12,725 bases of DNA from Octopus sinensis (Eukaryota). The stretch lies in the NCBI RefSeq assembly GCF_006345805.1, contig NW_021826511.1:1-12725 (forward strand). Direction: 5' to 3'. This document shows positions 1 to 7,685 of this stretch, in pieces (the stretch's first letter is position 1; every line of letters starts with the position of its first letter). A program made the translations under genes and the position numbers. The notes beneath the pieces were generated by a model that saw nothing but the letters and a program-made list of their open reading frames with translations, did no database searches and was not told the origin of the DNA.

Positions 1-18
1 TATATATGTGATATATAT

Positions 19-74
<56 letters not shown>

Positions 75-290
75 GCGTGTATGTTTGTGTGTCTGTATTT
101 GTCCCCACAACATCGCCTGACAATCGATGCTGGTGTGTTTATGTCCCCGTCATTTAGCGGTTCGGCAAAAGAGACCGATAGAATAAGTACTGGGCTTACA
201 AAGAATAAATCCCGTGGTCAATTTGCTCGATTAAAGGCGGTGCTCCAGCATGGCCGCAGTCAAATGATCGAAACAAGTAAAAAAGTAAGA
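1..290 (+). mobile_element. SINE family A copy A1: internal (TA)n tract plus 3' half; the head lies outside the window
   Basis: After (TA)n (1-75), the body GTGTCTGTATTTGTCCCC...CGATGCTGGTGTGTTTATGTCCCCGTC...CCAGCATGGCCGCAGTCAAATGATCGAAACAAGTAAAA matches the 3' halves of the copies at 947, 1585 and 3806. Confidence 0.9.
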
Positions 291-324
291 GAGAGAGTAA
301 AGTGTATGCATATCGACTTATCAA

Positions 325-650
325 TTTACAGGAGTAAAATGAAATAAGATTTAGACGATACGTTGCTCATAGCAACATTAGAGAAAGATTTACAAATATC
401 TATTAGTACTATTAATGATTAACGTCGATTAATGAGGGGAACCGGAGTACAAACAGTCAAAAAATAGGGGTTATGGCAATCTCAAATGAAGCGCCATTAA
501 TTTGCAATACAAAGATGGATGGAACAAATTTGATACAAGCTGATAACTTCAAAAACTTGAAAATCCTCATTATATCAGATGGGAAAGAACATAAGAAGTA
601 TTCAAGTCAATGATTGGACAATCCAAGAGAGAATTCAGTGAGATCAAAGT
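325..650 (+). pseudogene. Decayed LINE reverse-transcriptase fragment (RTE-like), catalytic xADD region and downstream
   Basis: Translation across frameshifts and stops gives DDTLLIATLEKDLQ (from 354), VMAISNEAPLICNTKMDGTNLIQADNFKNLKILIISDGK (470-586) and EVFKSMIGQSKREFSEIK. This resembles the RTE-type pattern YADDTVLIA...KTKVMVIS...IDG..LEQV..FKYLG..ITSDG...EI..RI..AK..F. Clade assigned by eye. Confidence 0.75.
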
Positions 651-709
651 ACAGTCAGCCTTGGTCTATCCAAGAATGTTCTATATGATCAATTAAGCTG
701 TTGTAATTC

Positions 710-942
710 CTCTTCTACTTGTTTCACTCACTGATCAGTGTCCATGCTGGAGTATCGTCTTGAAGAAGTTTTGTAGTCGAACAGATAAACCCTGGTATTG
801 ATTTGTGAAATCAGGTATTCGTTCTAGCTTTTCTTTTGCTGAAGAGAAGGGGACGTAATCAAACCAACACTGTTTGTTATACAGTGGGTTTATAAACACA
901 CTCAAAGACACTTACACACACAAAACAGACTTTTTAACTACC
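710..942 (-). mobile_element. Older diverged family-A SINE (A0), 3' part
   Basis: The reverse complement reads TTGGTAG...GTGTTGGTTTGATTACGTCCCC...CAGCAAAAGA...TCTGTTCGACTA...ACTCCAGCATGG...TGAAACAAGTAGAAGAG, the family-A 3' half in order. Confidence 0.8.
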
Positions 943-946
943 AAGT

Positions 947-1118
947 AGGCGCAGGAGTGGCTGTGTGGTAAGTAGCTTGCTAACCAACCACATGGTTCTG
1001 GGTTCAGTCCCACTGTGTGGCACCTTGGGCAAGTGTCTTCTGCTATAGCCCCAGGCAGACCAATGCCTTGTGAGTGGATTTGGTAGACGGAAACTGAAAG
1101 AAGCCTGTCGTATATATG

Positions 1119-1163
<45 letters not shown>

Positions 1164-1377
1164 GTGTGGTGTGTTGTGTGTGTGTGTGTCTGTACCCCTA
1201 GCATTGCTTGACAACCGATGCTGGTGTGTTTACGTCCCCGTCACTTAGCGGTTCGGCAAAAGAGACCGGTAGAATAAGTACTGGGCTTACAAAGAATAAG
1301 TCCCGGGGTCGATTTGTTCGACTAAAGGCGGTGCACCAGCATGGCCGCAGTGAAATGGCTGAAACAAGTAAAATAGT
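947..1377 (+). mobile_element. SINE family A copy A2, full length, with tRNA-like head and internal microsatellite
   Basis: Head AGGCGCAGGAGTGGCTGTGTGGTAAG with A-box-like TGGCTGTGTGGT (958-969) and B-box-like GGGTTCAGTCCC (1000-1011). Then CACCTTGGGCAAGTG (CORE-like by eye), a TA/TG tract (about 1111-1190) and the tail GAAACAAGTAAAA. AAGT flanks both sides (943-946 and 1378-1381). Confidence 0.92.
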
Positions 1378-1381
1378 AAGT

Positions 1382-1512
1382 TCACACTCCAGTGATTGGT
1401 CGACACAGAAGCAGAGCAAAGGACATTCCCTCAAGGTGCTCTTCACTGGCACTGAAATCGAAACCACGTGATTGCCCCGAAAGCCTTTCAACCACTCAGC
1501 CATGCCTGCATC
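1382..1512 (-). mobile_element. Older diverged family-A SINE (A0), 5' head
   Basis: The reverse complement GATGCAGGCATGGCTGAGTGG...CACGTGGTTTCGATTTCAGTGCCA...GCACCTTGAG...GTCGACCAA...GAGTGTGAA aligns with the family-A head and continues into 942-710 once A2 is removed. Confidence 0.8.
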
Positions 1513-1584
1513 ACAAAAAAAAAAATATTGACGAAAAACAAAAAATTGAAACAAATATAGAACGTGTCCTTCCATATGCCTGTG

Positions 1585-1783
1585 TGGTAAATAGCTTGCT
1601 TACCAACCACATGGTTTCGGGTTCATTCACACTGCGTGCACCTTGCGCAAGTGTCTTCTACTATAGCCTCATGTCGACCAAAGCCTTGTGAGTGGATTTG
1701 GTAGACGGAAACTGAAAGAAGCCCATCGTATATATATATATATAGATATATAGATATAGATATATATATAGATATAGATATAG

Positions 1784-1842
<59 letters not shown>

Positions 1843-2062
1843 GCGTGTGTGCGTGTGTATGTTTGTGTGTCTGTGTTTGTCCCCCCAACATCGCTTGACA
1901 ACGGATACTGGTGTGTTTACGTTCCCGTAACTTAGCGGTTCGGCAAAATTGACCGATAGAATAAGTATTAGGCTTACAAAGAATAAATCCAGGAGTCGAT
2001 CTGTTCGACTAAAGGCGGTGCTCCAGCATGGCCACAGTCAAATGACAGAAACAAGTAAAAGA
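1585..2062 (+). mobile_element. SINE family A copy A3, slightly 5'-truncated, with 11-bp target-site duplication
   Basis: Family-A body with an expanded TA/TAGA tract (about 1728-1870). The direct repeat ATATGCCTGTG is at 1574-1584 and 2063-2073. Confidence 0.92.
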
Positions 2063-2615
2063 ATATGCCTGTGCTATCTGTCGCGTAAACAGATAGCAAA
2101 AACATGGCAATAATTCAAATACGTCGTCCGTGACAACCAGAAAGCTTAAAGAATACGAGGAGTGGCAAGAGGTCATCTAGTATAGTCTCTGTGTGAATAT
2201 ACACAGAGAATGTACTAGACGATCGTAACCATTGGCTACGGAAACAGTAACCCAGCAGCTGTTAAATTTATTGTGGTACAAGACAAGAGTGGATTAAGGT
2301 TAATAATGACTGACGTCGTTTATAAAAAGATGAGCAAGTGTGGCAGTCATGGTTAGATGAATTAATGGAATTTCAAGAAGTTGACCTAGAAAGCCAGTCT
2401 TTATATCTCATCACGGGTGTCTTCATAGAAGTGATGGATGACTGATTTGGCGGTATATCGGACAAGTAGAAATGGTTCTACGATTCAGATGTCATTCCAT
2501 TGTATTATTTTGAATGCTAGAGAAAATCACGTATTGATGAAAGAAAGAAATAATATGGTATTATACCGATGCTATTCTCTATTATAGAATTAACAAGGAT
2601 TTTAAAAAAGATATA

Positions 2616-3132
2616 CCGTAAATCCTAGTATAGTCCGCTCTTGAGTATAACACACAAGGTATTTTTAGGGGGCTGTACCTCTGAAAAACCTAAACCTTGC
2701 GTGTAATACGCACCCCTTCTCTAACTTGAGTCAAGGAGGTCTATATAACGTCCTTGGATGGTAAAAATGTATACGGTAACGACTTTTATTATTATTCTAT
2801 GTATAACAATACAAGCGTGTAGCTTTTTTGTGCATTTTGTTTACAGAAAATAAAGAAATAACACTAATAACTAATAATGTTTAATAGATGTTGCTTGCTG
2901 CAAGTTATGGATGATTCTTTTATGACTTCATTGCTTTCAGGCTTAGCTTAAGGTATTTTCGCGCCCGACATCACAAAATGCGTCTAAATAAACATTGCCA
3001 GACAGCATATACAGACTTGGACATTGCTTAGAAAATATTTTTCCTTTTTAACCTCGTATATAGTACGCACTATGGATTTTGAAATTTAAATTTGGAGGGG
3101 AAAAAATGCAGATTATATACGAGGATTTACAG
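2616..3132. mobile_element. Non-autonomous Tc1/mariner-superfamily (pogo-like) MITE, 517 bp
   Basis: Left end TA|CCGTAAATCCTAGTATAGTCCGC; right end GCAGATTATATACGAGGATTTACAG|TA (reverse complement CTGTAAATCCTCGTATATAATCTGC). TA flanks are at 2614-2615 and 3133-3134. TIR-like subterminal motifs occur near 2640, 2695 and 3052. Confidence 0.8.
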
Positions 3133-3161
3133 TATCACATTTTCCATATATAAATATTTAA

Positions 3162-3388
3162 TCTTTTACTTCTTTCAGTCATTAGACTGCAGCCAATCTG
3201 GGATACTGCTTTGCAGAATTTTAGTCGAATGAATCGACCCTTGCCCCACTACCCTTTTTTTAAAGTCTAGTACTTAAGCTATCGGTCCTTTTGCTAAACC
3301 ACTAATTTACGGGGACGTAAACTCACTAACACTAGTTGTGAAATTATGGCATGGGACAAGTGCAGTAACACACACACCCACACGTATG

Positions 3389-3436
<48 letters not shown>

Positions 3437-3579
3437 GATATATGATGGCTTCTTTGTGTTTCTTCCACCAAATCCACTTGTAGCGATAGTAGAAGACACT
3501 TGGCCAATGTGCAACGCAGTGGCACTGAACCCGGAACCTCGTGGTTGAGAAGCAAGTTTCTTACCACACAGCCTACGCA
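3162..3579 (-). mobile_element. SINE family A copy A4 (diverged variant)
   Basis: The reverse complement runs GGCTGTGTGGTAAGAAACTTGCTTCTCAACCACGAGGTTCCGGGTTCAGTGCC ... (TA)n/(TG)n ... TTTACGTCCCCGTAA...GCAAAAGGACCGATAG...GGGTCGATTCATTCGACTA...AATGACTGAAAGAAGTAAAAGA, with a deletion of about 25 nt in the head. Confidence 0.88.
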
Positions 3580-3805
3580 TTGCTGCAATTCGATCTGATA
3601 TATTCACGAGTTTCTTATAATTACTAACAACATTAACTACATTAAATATAAGTATAAATTATCGATAAATGTTAATGTAATACTTGTTCTTAATGATCTT
3701 GCATCTTACATCACCAGTCAAACTCACTATGACAATTATTCAATATCGAGTGAATATTGCAGTACTATCATCCTATTTGGCTATATAAAAAGAAAAAAAA
3801 AGTTG

Positions 3806-4005
3806 ATAGGCGTAAGAGTGGCTGTGTGGTAAGTAGCTTGCTTACGAACCACTTGGTCCCGGGCTCCATCCCACGGTGTGGGACCTGGGGCAAGTGTCTT
3901 CTACTATAGTCTCGGGCCGACCAAATCCTTGTGACTGGATTTGGTAGAGGTAAACTGAAAGAAGCCCGTCGTATATATGTATATATATGTGTGTGTGTGT
4001 GTGTG

Positions 4006-4036
<31 letters not shown>

Positions 4037-4223
4037 TCGATCCAACATCGCTTCTACAACCGATGCTGGTGTGTTTACGTCCCCGTAACTTAGCGGTTCG
4101 GCAAAAGAGACCGATAGAATAAGTACTAGGTTTACAAAGAGTAAGTCTTGGGGGTCGATTTGCTCGACTAAAGGCGGTGTTTCAGCAAGGCAACAGTCAA
4201 ATGACTGAAACAAGTAAAAGAGT
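3806..4223 (+). mobile_element. SINE family A copy A5, full length
   Basis: Head ATAGGCGTAAGAGTGGCTGTGTGGTAAG, internal TA/TG tract (about 3971-4034), tail AATGACTGAAACAAGTAAAAGAG. A possible short TSD TGATA (3804-3808 / 4223-4227) is weak. Confidence 0.92.
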
Positions 4224-5551
4224 GATATATTTAATCACGCTGGTCAAAAAATTGGGATGGAAATTTTGTTGACAGAAAATGCGTGGTCAGCCTTCGAAAT
4301 GAGTGTCATCTTTTGTAAGGTGAACTTAATCTTTCTCCTGGCTGGAAACCACCTCCTCCTGCCTTTCGCAGAGTCCACTCTATAGCATGTAGTCAAGTTA
4401 TGTCTCTGATCTGAGGAAAAAAATTTCCTCCCTCACCCCTACAAGTCTTGATGGCTCTCTAAAAGCCATGAGCAATGCTTTTTCTCTACTGATTTAACCA
4501 TAAATATTCATATTTAGCTGTATTTTCAATATTTTATAGATTATACGATCTGTTTAATCTCTTTAACGATAAATGACATCAAAGAATTGGCATAAAAATT
4601 CTTTTTCAATACATTCATATCACTTTCATACTTAAAACTGACAGTAATTATTTAAAATAAAAATTAATAAATAAATAAAAACACGAGATTAAGCCGATTA
4701 ATTATGCTAGAAAACTAACATTTTTATAGTTCAGAGAGAGCTAATATACTTTATTTTGTTCACATTCCTGTGAACATTTCGTATGTGATTTCTTTAATTT
4801 ACGTAAGCCGAGAATTATATTCACAGAAAATCTATAGACTCTAAAAGTCATTTAAAATGAAAATCAAAGACATTCCTATGACCTGCTAGTTTCCTGTTAG
4901 ACTTTGCTTCACCGAGAAAGTATAATAAGTCGTTACCAGTCTACAGTTGTCATCATAAATATATCTCTACCTCCCCACTTCATGTTTCCATTTAGGTTTT
5001 AATCAATTCAAATTTTAGAGTTTTCACTCTTTTCCATTTCATAAGAATATTTATTGACTCTCTCGTGACTTTTCTCTTCATTATGTGTCTAATGTTAATT
5101 AACTAGAAATTATTTTTGGTTTGATACATCATATATGTTAACCCTCACTTAACTAAAAGGTCTTCGTGCGGAAACCAACTTTGAGATATTATAGAATTTA
5201 AACATTTACGTTGCTTAATCGGCGAATAATTTCGACACATGTACAGCCCGTTCTGTCAAAGCGATTCTAATATCAGATGTTTATTAGAATGTTTAACTGA
5301 GGTGGTTAAATAAGGCCAAAACCTAACTAAAATATGAACGTAAATTCTAAAATCGCTTACACTTTCTACTGCTTGTATAGAATGCTTTATATTAAATGTT
5401 GGTTTTCAACTTTGACTTAGTAATCAAAACTGAACTTTGATTTTGTATGTGTAGTATGAGAAAACCCAGGTGCGGGTAGAAGGTCACGAAATTCTTAGAT
5501 TCTCTCGATTTCTTGTTATTTGGACAGCCTCAGGGTCCCAGGAGAAAAATA

Positions 5552-5753
5552 TATTTCTTTACTGCCCACAAGGGGACAAACAAGGACAGACAAAGGGATT
5601 AAGTCAATTACATCGACCCCAGTGCGAAACTGGTACTTATCGTCTCTGAAAGGATGAAAGGCAAAGTTGACCTCAGTGGAATTTGAACTCAGAACGTAAC
5701 GACAGACGAAATACCGCTAAGCATTTCGCCCGGTGCGCTAACGTTTCTGCCAA
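5552..5753 (-). mobile_element. SINE family B copy B1
   Basis: The reverse complement TGGCAGAAACGTTAGC...GAGTTCAAATTCC (B box)...GGGGTCGATGTAATTGACTTAA...GTGGGCAGTAAAGAAATA is colinear with 10057-10293, with two small deletions. The extreme 5' end is ambiguous and might extend to about 5762. Confidence 0.9.
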
Positions 5754-6315
5754 GTCGTTGTTCCGGAGGGTGACGTGGGACGTGCGCTGGAACAGCCACT
5801 CTGATTCGCGGAGCTTGCACTTGTGGGCAGCCATCTCCACCCTGATAGTGGTGAGCAGGAATACGATCCGGGGGCCGAATATATCGGAGGTTACCACTGT
5901 CACAAGCTCGACTATAAACCTGTCAGAGAGTGACTGACACTTTGACAGATTGCTTTTCTCAGGCTGACAAGTAACACAGCCATGGCTGATAGCCAAACAT
6001 ACCAAGTGGCCGTAGAGGGTGTCACAGCATGTGACACCCCCACGCCGTGTCACCATCCAGTTTTATTAAAATTTTAATTAATTTATAGGGTTGCTTGTCT
6101 TGTGTGTCACATGTTTCTCTGGCGTGATACACATTTCCATTTCTTTTCAAATACCAATAAATTGGGACTTCTAAAAGCAAAGCTCTATATTTCTCGGAAC
6201 GAATAAGGGCAAACTAAAAGTTTGAAAAGAAGCCTGGACGTTTAGGACAGACGTATAAAAATGCATTGAACAGGAAGAGGTTTAACGAAACTGAAAACAA
6301 AAATAGTGAAATAGT

Positions 6316-6321
6316 ACTTAC
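6316..6321 (-). promoter_or_regulatory. 5' splice donor (G|GTAAGT) of the receptor exon
   Basis: The minus strand reads ...AAC GAC G|GTAAGT, a consensus donor, exactly where iGluR similarity stops. Confidence 0.9.
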
Positions 6322-6579
6322 CGTCGTTAGTCTCATATAATATTGTAAATTGTTTCCAATTCCAATGTACTACCAGATCCAAGAATACGCGGCTTAAGGT
6401 CAAGTAATGAGGGTAAAGATTTATTGAAAAATAATCAACATCCCTAATATCACGGGAGTCCCATCGTGTTTGCAAGTGTGGGATCTCCAGTGCATAACAT
6501 ATTGATTGTACGTGAGCGGCAGAAGAACTTGACAGGGGACCGAATACTGCAGCTATACCTTTTTCAAGTTGCTTACAAA
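6322..6579 (-). CDS. GRIK: Internal coding exon (258 bp, phase 1-1) of a kainate-type ionotropic glutamate receptor, amino-terminal domain
   Basis: Encodes (V)CKQLEKGIAAVFGPLSSSSAAHVQSICYALEIPHLQTRWDSRDIRDVDYFSINLYPHYLTLSRVFLDLVVHWNWKQFTILYETND(G). It aligns without gaps to the GluK2 ATD segment as I recall it (ACDQLSLGVAAIFGPS...VQSICNALGVPHIQTRW...LYPD...LSRAILDLV...W...VYDDSTG), about half identical by eye, and has canonical splice sites. The family is secure; the specific paralogue is not. Confidence 0.93.
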
Positions 6580-6600
6580 CTGCAAGTAGAAAAGAGAAAT
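6580..6600 (-). promoter_or_regulatory. 3' splice acceptor with polypyrimidine tract
   Basis: The minus strand reads ATTTCTCTTTTCTACTTGCAG|TTTGTAAG, with the AG at 6581-6580. Confidence 0.9.
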
Positions 6601-6799
6601 GCATCGATGAGTTTCGTAATAGGAACGAGATTGTAACACAACTAAAGAAAATATAAGATTAAAATAACTAAATTCATTCTATAGTTTGCAATAATATAAT
6701 ATGTAAATTTATGCAACAAACATACAAAAAAATTTTTTTTATTATTTATCCATTGAGAGATAGAAGAACGAACATCCTTAATTGATCTTCCGCCCTTAA

Positions 6800-7015
6800 C
6801 CCTTTAATGTTTAAACCGGCCATATCTGGCCCAAATATTCTCCATGTTTTATATTCAAACTGGCCGTATCTAGCCTTTCACACCTAACCTACATTGTCAT
6901 TCTAAAAATAAACAATCACACTGAAAACTCAAAGCTATAACGTAATAAATAATTAATTCAAAACAATTTGAGTGAAAAATATTACATTTAACAGAGTAAT
7001 CTGAACACTAAAGAG
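6800..7015. mobile_element. TTAA-flanked non-autonomous DNA transposon (piggyBac-like MITE), 216 bp
   Basis: TTAA at 6796-6799 and 7016-7019. Left end CCCTTTAATGTTTAAA versus right-end reverse complement CTCTTTAGTGTTCAGA (12/16 match). Confidence 0.75.
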
Positions 7016-7489
7016 TTAAAGCGGTCGCATCAAAGACATCTATATCACTTGACCAACACCTTAGACATAAGTAACTTTCAACATGGAATTATTAGCGTGC
7101 ATTGGTGTTGAGAACAAAGCTGGTACGGAAACAAGTGTAACTGGTCACTAAAGATATGACAAATTCATTCTTTGTCCCTTCATTTCGATTATATGTAATG
7201 TATATATGTACACACACACACACACACACATACGTTCTTTGTCTATCTCCATATCCTCTTGGAGATTTGGGGTAAAATTATACTAATGTGTCCATCTAAT
7301 TTAATTAAATTCTATGTCTTTGTGCAGCTGAAGATTGCTCTACATTTTAAATTGATGTAATGAAATGATTGCATTGTTCAATTAAATGGAGTCGCATGAA
7401 ACGATCGTACTGCATTACCTCTGGATATCCTTGTTGCTTATTTTGATTTTATATATATATATATATTATATATATATATATATATACAT

Positions 7490-7682
7490 ACATAGTTAAT
7501 CCAAACATGAAAACACAAAGAGAAAACGCGAGGACGTGGAACAAGTATAGTGTTATTGGACGCTCAGGAAAGGAAAAAAAGAAGGCAGATTCAATGTTTC
7601 GAGCGGAGCTCTTCGTCAGAAACATACAAAAAGAAACATCCAAGGAAGGGAAGACGGAAGAAAAAAATCGCCAACGATACAC
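7490..7682 (-). mobile_element. Penelope-like retroelement terminal-repeat remnant next to a (TA)n tract
   Basis: Contains GTTTCGAG...CTCTTCGTCAG, the kind of motif typical of Penelope-like pseudo-LTRs (the reverse complement of a hammerhead core), in a strongly purine-skewed segment. Family assigned by inference. Confidence 0.5.
7589..7623 (-). ncRNA. Degenerate minimal type I hammerhead-ribozyme-like motif
   Basis: Minus-strand RNA: GUUU-CUGACGA-A-GAGC-UCC-GCUC-GAAA-CAUU-GAAU. It has the CUGANGA and GAAA cores, a perfect 4-bp stem II and a weak stem I; stem III is degenerate. Confidence 0.45.
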
Positions 7683-7685
7683 AAA

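Noticed and set aside
2090-2480. Possible C-terminal remnant of the same RTE-like LINE as 325-650 (KTWQ*FKYVVRDNQ; WQSWLDELMEFQEVDL)
   Set aside because: The resemblance is too weak by eye; it needs BLASTx after removing the intervening SINEs.
81-4213. Supplied ORFs of 63-125 aa at 81, 1198, 1208, 1392, 1623, 1661, 3307, 3344, 3842 and 3931
   Set aside because: All lie within family-A SINE copies or their microsatellites. Their mutual similarity (e.g. AGVFTSP...GSAKET) reflects repeat homology, not a protein family.
5264-5290. 9-bp inverted repeat ATTCTAATA/TATTAGAAT
   Set aside because: AT-rich and short; expected by chance.
5673-6056. 127-aa minus ORF and 84-aa plus ORF as genes
   Set aside because: Both run into SINE B1 and have no recognisable domain or convincing splice context. 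Only the GC-periodic core is kept as a finding.
6017-6061. Helitron 3' end (hairpin followed by CCAG-T)
   Set aside because: The terminus is CCAG rather than CTRR, the spacing is long, and no matching 5' TC end was identified.
6242-6604. Whole 120-aa ORF as a single-exon gene
   Set aside because: The terminal MHFSFLLA and KYYFTIF... segments are intronic read-through beyond the canonical splice sites.
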